A stretch of 64,000 bases of DNA, taken from NCBI GenBank assembly GCA_032718475.1, contig JAUCBJ010007287.1, positions 43,910 to 107,909 on the forward strand, read 5' to 3'. The DNA is from Nemertoderma westbladi (lineage: Eukaryota > Animalia > Xenacoelomorpha). Below the pieces are notes generated by a model that was not told where the DNA came from, searched no databases, and was given only the letters and a program-made list of their open reading frames with translations. The translations under genes were made by a program, and so were the position numbers. Below are positions 23,881 to 36,940 of this stretch, piece after piece. Each line of letters begins with the position of its first letter. The stretch's first letter is position 1.

Positions 23881-24526
23881 CTACTGTATAGTGTACATAC
23901 AACTGTATGGCCCTATGTACACTACACCAGGCTCCATACCCCTACATTCCCACAGTTCAAACAGTTCGGTGGCGATCCCTCTTGCTCTTTCACCCGCCAA
24001 CTCTCCTTGTCCAAAGCGGACTAGATAGTTTAAATGTTTATTCAACTCACCTAGCCAATTCTCTAGCTTCACCTGGTCCAGCCTTTCTCCCTCCTTAGCT
24101 TCCTTTATCTGCCTCCTCGTCGCATTGTAGGCCCGTCGGAGCCGGTCACTAACTCCGACGTCCTCATTGCCGACATCCCCTCTTTCTCTCCGTGTCCAGC
24201 GTCGTACCGGCGGCTCCACCGTCGCCATTCCGGAGGGCTGTCCATCGCCCTCGGCCTGTGGCTGGCCGGCGACATCGGTACGTCAATCGCTGTCGCGCGT
24301 CTCTCCCTTCTCTCAACTCATCTCTCCCTTCTTTCGACTCGTCTCTCTCTTCTCTCGACTTGTCTCTCCCTTCTCGTTGTAGATGGCCCCCCTCCGCTTG
24401 GATTGCCGGATCGTTCGTCGTCTACGAATCTGGCCTCGTGGGTCAATACCGTCTCGCCGTGGCCTCGTGGATCATTAGGTTGTTGTCCGGGGTCCGCGGC
24501 GGTGTCGTCTCTCCTTCTTGGCTCAT
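23881..24526 (-). pseudogene. Gag-like N-terminal ORF fragments of the LTR family
   Basis: DRLRRAYNATR...YLVRFGQGELA...GVVYIGPY is shared with the element at 61268-61930. Confidence 0.6.
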
Positions 24527-24582
24527 CCTTACACTGGTGGCTGGCAGTCACAGTTTCCTAGGCAGTTCTTAGAGTTAAAGAC

Positions 24583-25144
24583 TGTGACTGGATCCGAAAA
24601 TCCCAACCGGTGTGGTTTATGTACGCGTCCCCGCCGTGTGAGTGAAAAGGAGTTTGTTGTTCTTCGAATGTTATTGATAATATAAAATGTGGTATACAAT
24701 AGCAGCAAGTAGATATAATAGCAGATAGCAATTGCAGAAACTGAATAAACCGGTAATATGGTGACGGCGGTGACGGTCTTAAACTGTCACCGTACTGCCA
24801 TGACAGTACTGAGATAACTGAGTGACTGAACAATATGAGAAACACCAAACGGTAATATACGTTATGTTGGCCGTGTTACTCAGCTGATGCCCTGTTGTCC
24901 TCCCATTGGCTAGTAACCTAATTCTCGCCCTGAACTTTGTGGGAGTGTTTCCCCCCCCCCCCCCCGCTGCTGTCACTCTCTCTCCTTGAGGTAGCTTAAC
25001 CTCTAACCCTTTGGGGTTTGTCGTCCCCGTTTATTGGGGATGGTACGAGGTTGATTGGCAATCAACCTCGTGCTTCCCAATATTGCTTAAAGGCCCTGCT
25101 TGTCCAACTTTATGGGGTGGTTAGTGGAATTGAATACACTAACA
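24583..25144 (-). repeat. 5' LTR
   Basis: Direct repeat of 21349-21860. Confidence 0.93.
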
Positions 25145-25149
25145 AGTTG

Positions 25150-25700
25150 GTCGAACTGCTCCTGTTGAGTCGATCCTATAACCAACTTAAACTGAATCAG
25201 GCTTTCCCTCGTACATACCAACTTATATATTATCTTTACCTGAGTAAAGTTGTCGCCACGCAACTCTGCAAGTTCGTGTAAACCTTTAAGTTTATCTACG
25301 GAGGCATGTACCCTACTTTCTATCCTTACCTGTAAGGTGTAGAACGCATATCTTGACATCGGGGTGGTTAACTCGCGTAAAACGCGAAAACCTTCTCCAA
25401 AGTTTCGAGTAATCTGGGCCATGTGTCTCCTATACTCCTAATAATGTTCTCCTGGTTTCCAGTCAAACTTACCATGTCCGATTCCCGCGATCTACTCTGC
25501 AGGACAGTAAAAAAATCTTCGATTCTGCCACGCGTTGCGGCTTCCGGTATTTCCGTTCGGGGAACCGGCAACGCACGCGGTGTGACATCAGTAGAATCTC
25601 GGGTTCTCCTTCTCAGTTCGTCTACTGTCGATCTGTCCGGGTCGCACGAGTCATAGTTGGTAGGTGGGTATCGAGTCGAATGTGGTGTATCACTCATGTT
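25150..25700 (-). pseudogene. Start of Bel 2 gag
   Basis: MSDTPHSTRYPP... then AQITRNFGEG...EQFDQL, continuous with the ORF on the other side of the LTR insertion. Confidence 0.65.
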
Positions 25701-28410
25701 TACTATATACGTCAAGTAAGGGTAATAAAATGTCAAAGTATCAGAATGTCGAAATGTCAAAATGTCGAAATGTCAAACTTACCTTGGTATATATATATAC
25801 TATATATATACCCTAACCGGTACAAATAAATCAAAGTATATAATAAAATATGTAATATTCTAGCCTACCGGCTAAATTTGTACAAATAAGTGAGATAACG
25901 GTATACGTTACCAAAATGTAGATCAACAAGTACAAATAATAATAGGCAAAACAGCAATGTCTAACGGGAAAATAAGTACCAACAACACTACTAATTAGAC
26001 AGTGGAACCCACAAATTTTGAGTACTACTGTGCTCTTAAGTTTGAACAACACGAGTCGTAAAACTTACGCTCCTTTGATCTTCCAGTCGTGCAAATTCCC
26101 AAATACAAACCGGATGTGGGTCATTCCGTTTTCGGCATTGCGGACGAATTTTGTGTCTCCCAAACCTTGCGAAAAGCGGTCTAATCCCTCGAAGCGGTCC
26201 AGAAATGAGTCCTGAAAAGTCGAATGTGAGAGTTTTACTTCTACTCTACGAAAAATCTTCCTAGGTACCGATACAACTTGGTCTTTAAACACCCTATGTA
26301 CCTTTTCAAGTACCAAAAACTAACACCGCACACACACGGCGTAAAACAAATAATTACAAACTAACTAACTATTTATAGCTAGGAAAATACGAATAAAATT
26401 ACCCTAAAGGCCTACTGGCAGGGGATGTTCTACAAATTACTAACTTTACTAATTTTAAATTGTAAAATATCTTCCTACCTTTACAATAGCTAATAATATA
26501 TATTTATATATATATCCCTACTGAAAAGTCCAGTAGTATACCGCCTACCGGATCCTAATAATGATGTACCTTACTGTAAGATCTAGTAGTGTATATGGGC
26601 TCGTACAGTATCTGACAATAAATCCCAGTCCAGGGTGTCTAAATAAACAGATACTAATACGCGAACAACTACTGGCGAGGAACGGAGCCTGGTGTCTATT
26701 CTAATACGTGGGTGAGTCAAATGCCCGGGCGAACTAGACAAAACAGGATACCCGGCCTCTAACCGGTGAGGCAGATGTGCAGTCTACGGTGACAGACCAA
26801 ACTCACGGGAAAACAATCCCCGCGCAGCGAATCCTAACTATTGCTAACAGACCTAAATACCGTAAACTTGCCGCAGTGTGATTTATATGGTTTATATACG
26901 AGCTAGTGGATTAGCAGACTAGCGTAACAATACGGTAGCAGTCAAAAGGGGGTAGTACCTAAAGTAACAATACTGCTGACAGGGGCAAAGCAGTCAAAAG
27001 GGTGCATGCCATCTAAAATACTTGCCGTAAACTAAATACTAAATATCTCCTAAAATTACAAATACGATAGAATGCAGAACTGCAGATACTGCAGAATAAA
27101 TCCTATTTAAAGTAACCTAAAGTAAACTAATAGCTGGCAGGTCTCGAAGGGGAGTATATATGTTTTAGGACGTGTGTGTGTGTGTGTGTTAAAAATAAAA
27201 CAATTTTGGTGTATCGCCATCGTACTAGGTTTCGGTGATTTCTGACCAAAAACAATACCGGGCGCTAGCTACTAAAATAAGCTAGTCGCGCTCTGTAGGG
27301 CTTAATACTTACAAAATGACGTCAAAGCTCTCTCCTTCCTATCCACAACTCAACCGGGCAATTACGGTGTTAGTAACTATACCCATGATTGGCACAAATA
27401 CCACATTCTGGTTGTAAGATAAGAAATAGGTGTTAATTGCTACCATACGTTAGCTGATCTGGTATACAATTTGATTCTAGAATTTTGTTGCTGCGGTGGT
27501 TAGCAGCAAATACCTATCAGTACGTGGCAAGGCACGGTAGGAGATTAGTAACCTCCCTAGGCCAAGCATGTGCCGGTAGCAGAAAGCTGCTCCTTGCCTG
27601 ATCAAATATTTCGGGCTCAGACAGGGGCGGGCAAATGTATAAACTACAAAGTGAACCGGTACAGAACTGTCAGTACTGCAAATCACCAAATTATGGAACT
27701 TGTGCTGTCTGCACAAAGTGTACTTGCGCGTACTATAGTTCACACCTGTTGGAGATACAGGTTAATCCGGGGATTTTGCTTGTTTGCTCCTGTCGAAATC
27801 TAAAATATTCGATCCTAAATTTTACGGCGTCCCAGGACGGCGTCACGCTTACCCTGATATATAGGTCTTACTGCGGGCAAGGGCGTCAAACAAAGTCTTA
27901 CCTTCCTCTGAAGTGGGCGCTGTATGGCAAGGGAGCATGCTTCAAACGGGCTCGCGGGCAAATCTAATGTGGGCGCTTAGCCTGTTGTGGACAGCTTTCC
28001 CTGCGTTGCTGACGGCCTGATGGTTTAGGCAGCCATCTCCCAAATGTTTGGCTGTCCCAAAGGTGGACGATTAGAAATATACATGTTCAAAAGTTTACAG
28101 TATATTTACGTAATTTACAAAGATTTATCAACCTGGACACTAATAATAAGTCAAGTTATAAGTCACGAGTAATAGAAATAACAAATTATAAGTGAGTGAT
28201 AACCAAAGGCAAACCAGCCCTTATATAGCAAATCTGGGACATAGAATCCGCTAGAACCTTCCAGAGCATTCCATAGCCTCACATTGGAGCAATAAGATGT
28301 TCCATGCCCTATGATTGGCCCAACTCATCGTTCCATACGTTGTAAGCACCTCATTGGATTATAAAATTAGATCAAATAAAAATAATTTGCCCAAAAATGC
28401 AAATTTTCTG

Positions 28411-28477
28411 ACTGGGATTCGAACTCGTAACCTATCTGTAATGTAACCAACGTCTTAACTATCTGACCACTGCGCCA
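28411..28477 (-). repeat. tRNA-derived (SINE head or pseudo-tRNA) sequence
   Basis: Minus strand tggcgcagtggtcagatagtt...gagttcgaatccc (A and B boxes). Confidence 0.5.
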
Positions 28478-28660
28478 TTAGAATTACCTACGGGTTTATG
28501 TGTACCAATATGAATAGGCATATTACATTACTATAAATTAATCAAAATGCATCGAATTTTAGAAAGTTTTTACGTTAAACTACAAATGCTACTTTATAGT
28601 GAAATAATCCATCAGCGATATCTCCTTTGCAGAAGTGAAGGCTGCTGCAAAGAGCATTAA

Positions 28661-30223
28661 CCCTATTAGTACCAGACTATAAAATGCTGTACAAATACCG
28701 GGGGGGGGGGGGGGGGGGGTCATATTGACCCTTCCCTCTAAAATCTACAAATATTAACGAAAACGTCTGATTTTTTGTTTGTACGTAGGTATCACTAGTC
28801 TGGATCCGACCGAAAAAAAAATTTTCGAAAAAATGTACTGGGGAGGTAATATTGCAGCACCAAAATTACAAGTAGTGCACAATTTTCACAAAATTTGAAA
28901 GTTACATTTTTCGGCTAATTGTTTTTCAATACAGGTTTTCTGGAGCGCAAAATACATTGGAAAATATTTAAAAATGATAAGATTACCATAAATGGCTGTT
29001 TAGTCCTCTATGCGTAGGAAAAAAATGAAAAAAACAAGTAACCAGTACTTTTCAGTTAGAACACAAAATTTTCAATTCACTTATACGATGCTATAAATGC
29101 ACATTTTCAGGTTTTCTTGGGCGCTGATTCTAATGGAATACATTTCAAATATGCCAGATCATTGCTACTTGTATTTTTCGGCGTAATTTGGCAAATTTTG
29201 GTGCTAGCACTAAATTTCGTACCCATAACCAAAAAGTACAAGTTTGCGATGTCCAGTGCTGTTTTTATTGATTCCATCGGATTCAGGACCCTCAAAAACC
29301 CGTATAACGCAAGAAACAAGATGATACTATCTACTGATCAATTTAGTCATTTTCCAAAATTTGGTGCTGGCACAACAATTTTCACCCACCGGCGAAAAAT
29401 ACAAGTTTGAAAACTCTTATAAAATTTTTACTAATACCACTGAATTCAGAACCCTAACAAACCCGTATAACGCAAGAAACAAGATGACACAATCAATTGA
29501 TATATATGATGGTTTTCAAAATTTGGTGCTAGCACCACATTTTGCACCCACTTCCAAAAATACAAGTTTGAGATGTCTAGTTCGATAATTATATATTCCA
29601 TTGAATTCAGAACAGCCATAAACCTCTAAAATGCAAGAAATAAATTGTCACAAGCAATTTATATATTGAATGGATTTTCAAAATTTCGTGCTAGCACCAA
29701 AATTTGCACACAGCACCGAAAAATACAAGTTTGATACGCTTGGTGCAACTCGTATATATTTCATCGAAACCAGAACCCCAAAAAACCCAATTGCGTAAAA
29801 AACAAGTTTCAAACAATCAATTTACAAAATTGACATATTTCAAAATTTGGTGCTGGCACCAAAATTTGGCACACGCGAAAAGAACAAGTTTGAAATTTCT
29901 AAAACAATTTATATGAATTCCATCGAATTGCTAACACCAAAAAACCGGTGTAAATCAAAAATAGAGATGTTACAATTAATATTTAATGAAATGTAATTTT
30001 CAAAAAACGTCTCAAAAAAAGTGCCAAAAGTAGGGTTAAAAATTGGTGCTATAACTCGAAAACTACCCAATATTTTTGAAAACGGTTTTCACTACTAGGA
30101 AGACAATAGATTTTTAGGAAAAGTCATAAAATTTCAGTTTCCAAACTGCGTTTGTTTTAGAATTATAATAAAAAAACCACGGGAGGGGGGTCATATTGAC
30201 CCCCCCCCCCGGGTTTAATAGGG
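28661..30223. mobile_element. Non-autonomous piggyBac-type DNA transposon (1563 bp)
   Basis: TTAA TSD at both ends, termini ccctatta...taataggg, subterminal gggtcatattgaccc palindromes, internal ~163-bp tandem units. Removing it restores the RTE sequence. Confidence 0.92.
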
Positions 30224-31172
30224 TTAAGACCAATTGTGCCAGTGGAGTAGATGGTGTTCCCCTTGAGGTGTTTAAATTACCTGAGTGTTTAAAGCTCATA
30301 TATCCCATCATAGTAGACATGTACCGAACAAAAAGAGTCCCACAAGAAATGAAAACAAATAAGTTGGTGCCAGTTCCCAAGAAGGGCAACCTAACACTCT
30401 ATGGTTCTTTTTGGGGAATCTATCACATTGATCTCGATTGCTGCAAAGCTATACAATAGGATTCAATTAAATCGCATCAGGGATCCCATTGAGAGACTGC
30501 TCCGTGGAAATCAGAATGGGTTCCGTAAAGGACGTGGGACCATGGAGCCCATCTCGGCACTTAGAAAGATAATTGAAGAATTATCAAAAAAGAAAGACAG
30601 GCATCTGGATGTTATCTTTGTTGACTTCTTCAAGGCCTTTGATTCAGTCTCTTACTCACGTATGTTCAGCATACTTTCATTATATGGGATTCCTGATGAA
30701 ATTATTGCAGCAATCAGATCAGTATACGATGACAACATTTGTGTCTACTGTTGACGGTGAAACAGAACCATTTGAAGTGTTATGGGGCATCCTCCAAGGA
30801 GACACACTTGCACCATTCTTGTTCATTATTGTGGTTGACTATGTTCTATGCATGTCCTTAGATCATCATAATGATGATGGGGTGATGATAACTCCACCTA
30901 CTGGCTCCAGAAGTCGAGGAAATCCTGCCAAGTACCTAACTGATCTAGACTTTGCGGATGACTTAGGGGTACTCTCAGAATCATTAGAGGGAGCCCAATG
31001 GCTCCTCAGCTCATTAGAACATACTGCTTCTAGTGTTGGTCTTTTTATTAACTCCAGAAAGACCAAAATTTTGACAGCTAACTTTGAAAGTCCTCAGCAA
31101 GTCTCTAATCGGATGAGCATAAGCTCAAGTGATGGTATGCTTGAGCATGTGTACGACTTTTGTTACCGGGGA

Positions 31173-31728
31173 TGTAAGCAGATTCAATTCCGCCTCATTA
31201 CCCTCATAAAATCACAACCAATCTCGTATCACAACCCAATAACGGGGATAACACAAACCCCAAAAGCCACACAGAGGGAGGGTAGAGGTCAAATCACCTC
31301 GGGGGGGGAAACAACCAGCAGGGGCCAACAGCAGGGGGAAACACTCCAAGAGAGGGGAGAGGCGTGAAGTAGATTATTAGCCAATATGGGCGAGGGAAGC
31401 ATCCACTGAACAAAGGCCACAGTAGTGTAGTAATTATACATCCTGCTACTGGTCTGTAAATCAGTTATTCAGTTATTGGTTTTTAGTGCAAACTGGTGAC
31501 AATCTTCACTGTCACCAATATATCCACATACCGGTACCCTAAATCAGTTATTCAGTTATTGTTATTGGTACCTTTCACTGTGCTATTATTCAATTATATG
31601 CAAAATCTATATTCAGTATTAAGACTCAAAGTATCAGAGAGATAACAACAAACTCCTCTTATTTTATTTCACTACAACGGTGATGCGTAGTCTATTTTAA
31701 CCGGTCGGGATCCCTTGATCCTGTCACA
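31173..31728 (+). mobile_element. Solo LTR related to the 21349/60574 family
   Basis: tgtaagcagattcaattcc...gatcctgtcaca; 5-bp TSD gggga/tggga (one mismatch); splits RTE CYL|GSW. Confidence 0.9.
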
Positions 31729-32049
31729 TGGGATCATGGATCCGGAATTCAGGTGAGGAACTTCGAATACGTAAAGGAAAGGCATGGGCAGCCTTGAATA
31801 GGCTTTCCAGGATTTGGAAGTCACCGATAATTAATCGGAAACTTAAGGTCCGATTATTTAGAGCAGCAGCAGTTCCAGTACTCCTCTACGGGAGTCCATG
31901 CTGGGCTCTAACTGCTCAAAAAACCAAATCTTTGGATGGCACATTCACAAGAATGCTGCGACGGGTTTGTTGTGTCAAGTACAATGGAACCAACCAAATA
32001 CTATATAACATTGGAGGTTTCTCATGTTCATCGGTATCTTCCATATTAA

Positions 32050-33420
32050 ATCGGGATGTCGGTTGATTGTTGTCGCTGGATTTACTGGATTCACCGCAAA
32101 ATTTTGAAAATTTTGTTCCAAAATCGGGTCCTCCCACCGCGAATTCCTCGGCTTCCACAATCTGACCTGGTTTAGGAGAATGGATGTAATTAGTCGATAT
32201 GTTTTCTGAATGAATGTGGTTAGTCGATATGTTATTACTCGACATTCTTTCATTTAAAGTCTTTGTCGATGGGCCAGTGCAGAACCAACCGATCCTGGTT
32301 CTGTCAGCGTATGTGGTTATAGGCAGAGGCGAACTAGGGAGTTTTTGTAAAATTTCCAGGGCCTCTGGCGCGTTCTGGCCAATTAATAATTGAACTCCGG
32401 GTCGATCGAGTTCATACCGAGGGATGTTATTACGTTTCACAAAGTCATTATTGTCCCAGTTATACACAGGTGCTTGACTATCTGTAAAGTTCTTAATCGC
32501 AACCACTTTGAAGTTACATATTTCATTTATATCACCGGGGTCAGATAAAGAAATTTTGTAATAACGAGTTTGTATAACTGATTGCCAGCTTTGCATTACA
32601 CCAGGTAGATTTAATTTCATTGGATGTCCATCTGCCTTGCTAAATAACTCCTCTGCAAGGTCTTGATCAATGAAGGATCCAGAACTTCCTGTATCCATCA
32701 GGGCGTTTACGATGACACTAGGGTTGTTGTGGTGTAGTCGAACTTGCAAAACGGTGAATTCTATAACACCAAGCGATTTTGGGTCAGATGTCTTTTTAAT
32801 GATATATATGGCGGTCTATGGGTTGTTCTGGGGGTAATGGTAGCTCATACGTGATGGCTGTACAGACCACTACATTATTGCAAATTTCCTCGTCCATAGA
32901 GAACTCGTCTGTATAGAATTCCTGTTCAGTACTTCCCCTCATATCATAAGGGGAATAATAGGTAAATTGAACCTTTATTTCCAGGTGGGGGTCTATATCC
33001 TTTTGATGCAATAGGTAGTGATGTTTTCCATTACACTTGACACATTTGTAGGTATCCCGTAAATAACATTTGCTTCTATTATGTCCGGCGCATAAGCACA
33101 ACAAACAACCACTTAAAGAGGTTACAGTATCTCTTTGTTTCTCCAAAGACATTCCAATAAAGTCTGGACACTGCGGGAGCCTATATAACTCTTTACTACA
33201 TAATAAACAGCCAGCGTTATAAGTTGCTGTTTTAATTATTGGTTTTAGTTGGTTCGGGCCTTTACGCTGTTGGTCGTTGCATTTCTGGCTATCCGAAATA
33301 TGATATGAGTTTTCACTATCTTCGGATTCCTCCTCGCAGGTTGATAGATCAGTTTGATAAACTTGCTCCCGACGCCTAGTTGGGGTTGTTTTGTCGGATT
33401 TTGGATCTAGGTAACGTGTC
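32050..33420 (-). pseudogene. Bel/Pao element 3: zinc knuckles + protease (related to element 1)
   Basis: CLLCLCAGHNRSKC, CVKCNGKHHYLLH, ALMDTGSSGSFID, VQLLIGQNA, RTRIGW; FYTDEFS shared with element 1. Confidence 0.88.
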
Positions 33421-34329
33421 GAGGCGTTTATGGGAGGCTAACCTGAAGATGCCTAGTAAGCCGTTATGTAGTTCTTATGAGTGTTATCAATGCCTCGGGA
33501 TACATGCCGCATAGCAGGACACTCACGAAAGTGTGGGGGTATATATATATTATCTAATATATATACATATCTTAACGGGATCTAGAATTAGCCACTGTAA
33601 GTATAAGGCCTCAGCACTTACAAACTGCTTCAAAGGGGTACGATAGTTACGTGTAAACCGTTCTGTTATATTGTGTTGTTGGCTAGTAAATGTACGCATG
33701 ACTTACAAATATCACAGGTAGGACACTACTTTGCCTAGTGCGTGATAAGCGCACGATTTACTCGAATCACTTGCATCGCTTGTAAATAATAGTTACTAGT
33801 TGGGAATAATATAACGATACTATGGACTCCCACATTCGCATTAAATGAACCGAATCTTATTACTGACAAGGCGCACTTACACTCACCGTGTGGAAATCGA
33901 GTTGATTTGATCTCTGGTCCAATATATTAATCAACAAGTAATGCAATAATAGTAAATTGTAAATGATTAGTTATAAATTGCAAGAGACTAGTTGTTAATA
34001 CAAGTGATTAGGTAAAATATCGTAGGCCACTATAACTAACGTGACTTACTAGGCTATAAAATCAATGTAAATTACCTGAAATGTTATCAAGGTTAAGAAG
34101 CCCTGCCCTATAGAGGCTAACAACAGTTATATATGAATACACAATGTTCGGTAAAAATAGAACAGCCAATAAGACGCAAGAATACTGGCTTCGGTAGTTA
34201 CCAATGAGAGTCCAGTAATACCACAACTATTGTTAGGCAACAATATAAACAATTTTATGTTTTATTCAATACATACGAAGCACAAATATTACATGAACTG
34301 AAACCGAATAATAACCTGATGAATATATA

Positions 34330-34473
34330 AGATTTCTGTATACAGTTAGCATTGGCAGCAAAATAACGCTCGCGTCGCTGGGTAATCATCAGCAATGAGG
34401 ATTCATAATTGAGGTATTCCAGGAATTCCTTCATGCCTAAAGCTGGTTTACTGCGAAGTTTAGCGTTTAGCAC
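34330..34473 (-). pseudogene. Bel 3 gag fragment (C-terminal end of the DUF1759 region)
   Basis: PALGMKEFLEYLNYESSLLMITQRRER resembles PTMADLMSFLDGKVKLQLLKQSREK of element 1. Confidence 0.45.
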
Positions 34474-35134
34474 ATTGCGGTTCTTAAGTTGTAGTCAATG
34501 GTTATACAGAGATAAGTACGAGTCATGTGACACGATATTGCTTGCAGAGATGACAAATAATTCCTCTCAGAAATAAATTTGTTTTGGAATATTACGCTGT
34601 CAGAGGTCCAAAGTTGTAAATATTGGATCTGAGGGTAAATATGTGAGCTTAAATGTTAAATTGCTCAATGATATGTATGTATATTGGTTAAAGGTTCCTT
34701 GATATTTATTATGGAATAATAATCTTGGAATTAAAACCGCACAAATTACAAAAAAACAAATATAAAACGTTACTTATACCTACAAATACCTACGTTACAA
34801 CGGAAGGGTGTAAAATTAGAGTTTACTTTAATGTAGTACACGTGAAAAAAAACAAAAAATGGTAGAACAGTAAGACTGTGGGAATTTACCAGGGAATTTG
34901 CGATAATGTCAAATGGAAATGTCAAAACCGGTTGGGAGACAAACGTTAATAGCACAAGTAAAACAATAGATACGGTTAGTAGAATGCATCCCCGTGATTG
35001 TCGAAATATATTACCTTGGTCTCTTAGTTTATTTTGCCGAGTATAGAATATAACGATCTGTTGACGGGCTAAGGCCGCAGAAAGTGATTCCGATCGACTG
35101 AGAAATTCGAACCAATAAGTCTGTGCGTATGGTA

Positions 35135-36940
35135 CTACTAGGATCGGCATGCTGCATTGCAGCTGCATTTTTAAGAATGCTGTGCCGGCTTGTCAACAAA
35201 TTTGCACCGCCACAACTCCCTATCACCCATGACATTTGCTAGATCATCCGCATCTTTAAGGCCAGTGTCCTTTAAGATGCGTCTCAAGAAAGTCATGGGC
35301 TGTCCACCATGCTTATTCACTCCATGAGGCTGCCAAAGTACAAGATTATGCACTGGCTGGTCCTCACGGCGAAAGCAATGTCCTGCAAAGCGGAGGCGAT
35401 TTTGTTCTAGTGTCAAGCTTGGGGGAACCAATGAGACACCTCCAATGTTATATAGTGTCTGGTTGGAGATGTGTGCATTGTACTTGACACAATGAACCCG
35501 GCGTAGCATTCTTGTGAATGTGCCATCCAGAGATTTGGTGTCCTCAGCAGTTAGAGCCCAGCATGGACTCCCATAGAGGAGTACTGGAACTACTGCTGCT
35601 CTAAATAATCGGACCTTAAGTTTCCGATTAATTCTCGGTGACTTCCAAATCCTGGAAAGCCTATTCAAGGCTGCCCATGCCTTTCCCTTACGTATTCGAA
35701 GGTCCTCACCTGACTTCCGGATCCATGATCCCAGGTAACAGAAGTCGTCCACATGCTCAAGCATACCATCCTTTGAGCTTATGCTCATCCGATCAGAGAC
35801 TTGCTGAGGACTTTCAAAGTTAACTGTCAGAATTTTGGTCTTTCTGGAGTTAATAAAAAGACCAACACTAGAAGCAGCATGTTCTAATGAGCTGAGGAGC
35901 CGTTGGGCTCCCTCTAATGATTCTGAGAGTACTCCTAAGTCATCAGCAAAGTCTAGATCAGTTAGGTACTTGGCAGGATTTCCTCGACTTCTGGAGCCAG
36001 TAGGTGGAGTTATCATCACCCCATCATCATTATGATGATCTAAGGACATGCGTAGAACATAGTCAACCAAAATAATGAACAAGAATGGTGCAAGTGTGTC
36101 TCCTTGGAGGACGCCCCATAACACTTCAAATGGTTCTGTGTCACCGTCAACAGTAGACACTAATGTTGTCGAACCATCGTATACTGATCTGATTGCTGCA
36201 ATAATTTCATCAGGAATCCCATATAATGAAAGTATGCTGAACATACGTGAGCGAGAGACTGAATCAAAGGCCTTGAAGAAGTCAACAAAGATAACAGCCA
36301 GATGCCTGTCTTTCTTTTTTGATAATTCTTCAATTATCCTTCTAAGTGCCAAAATGGGCTCCATGGTCCCACGACCTTTACGGAACCCATTCTGATTTCC
36401 ACGGAGCAGTCTCTCAATGGGATCCCTGATGCGATTTAATAGAATCCTATTGTATAGCTTTGCAGCAATCGAGATCAATGAGATTCCCCGAAAAGAACCA
36501 TAGAGTGTTAGGTTGCCCTTCTTGGGAACTGGCACCAACTTATTTGTTTTCATTTCTTGTGGGACTCTTGTTGTACGGTACATGTCTACTATGATGGGAT
36601 AGATGAGCTTTAAACACTCAGGTATTTTAAAGACCTCAGGGGGAACACCATCTACTCCACTGGCACGATTGGTCTTAATGCTCTTTGCAGCAGCCTTCAC
36701 TTCTGCAAAGGAGATATCGCCAATGGGAATATCTGGGAGTACAGACTCAGACACCTTTACTTCTATAAAGTTATCAGGCAATACCCTGTCATTATTGAGG
36801 AGCTTTTCAAAGTGGGCTTTCCAACCATTGAGGCGATCGGCTGGTGATTCAGCCTTAACCTTGGTGGTTGGTTGGCTTTTCCGCCCAGTAAGCAGATTGA
36901 TCGATTTCCATGCCTGGGACTGATGAAGCACATATTAAAA
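35135..36940 (-). mobile_element. Young 5'-truncated RTE-1 LINE
   Basis: 13-bp TSD tgtgcgtatggta (35122-35134, 36941-36953); short (TAG)n tail; uninterrupted RT ORF. Confidence 0.96.
35171..36931 (-). CDS. RTE-clade reverse transcriptase (no endonuclease domain; 5' truncated)
   Basis: ASGVDG, PKKG, RGISL, QNGFR, FVDFFKAFDSV, GVLQGDTLAP, DFADD, YLGS, RLRFAGHC, RELWR. Confidence 0.95.
   Translation of the reverse strand: MLHQSQAWKSINLLTGRKSQPTTKVKAESPADRLNGWKAHFEKLLNNDRVLPDNFIEVKVSESVLPDIPIGDISFAEVKAAAKSIKTNRASGVDGVPPEVFKIPECLKLIYPIIVDMYRTTRVPQEMKTNKLVPVPKKGNLTLYGSFRGISLISIAAKLYNRILLNRIRDPIERLLRGNQNGFRKGRGTMEPILALRRIIEELSKKKDRHLAVIFVDFFKAFDSVSRSRMFSILSLYGIPDEIIAAIRSVYDGSTTLVSTVDGDTEPFEVLWGVLQGDTLAPFLFIILVDYVLRMSLDHHNDDGVMITPPTGSRSRGNPAKYLTDLDFADDLGVLSESLEGAQRLLSSLEHAASSVGLFINSRKTKILTVNFESPQQVSDRMSISSKDGMLEHVDDFCYLGSWIRKSGEDLRIRKGKAWAALNRLSRIWKSPRINRKLKVRLFRAAVVPVLLYGSPCWALTAEDTKSLDGTFTRMLRRVHCVKYNAHISNQTLYNIGGVSLVPPSLTLEQNRLRFAGHCFRREDQPVHNLVLWQPHGVNKHGGQPMTFLRRILKDTGLKDADDLANVMGDRELWRCKFVDKPAQHS

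Larger units (their letters stand above)
21349..25144 (-). mobile_element. Non-autonomous LTR retroelement (3.8 kb, no pol) inserted in Bel 2 gag
   Basis: Two similar TG...CA LTRs, 5-bp TSD agttg (21344-21348, 25145-25149), polypurine tract ggggaggag before the 3' LTR. The Bel peptide EQFDQL|LGESVSD rejoins across it. Confidence 0.93.
11500..28080 (-). mobile_element. Bel/Pao LTR retrotransposon 2, near full length, decayed, with three nested insertions
   Basis: Domains in gag-PR-RT-RNaseH-IN order on the minus strand, with many frameshifts; ends approximate. Confidence 0.92.
28614..32030 (+). mobile_element. Decayed RTE-1 LINE copy interrupted by a piggyBac-type element and a solo LTR
   Basis: Highly similar to 35135-36940 (QNGFRKGR, QGDTLAP, DFADD), with frameshifts. 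Confidence 0.93.

Noticed and set aside
10148-28477. Functional tRNA genes at 10148-10218 and 28411-28477
   Set aside because: Only A and B boxes are recognisable; acceptor and anticodon stems do not pair convincingly.
29107-29916. ORFs inside the piggyBac-type element (and 55732-56460)
   Set aside because: Short, repeat-derived, with no transposase DDD motifs.
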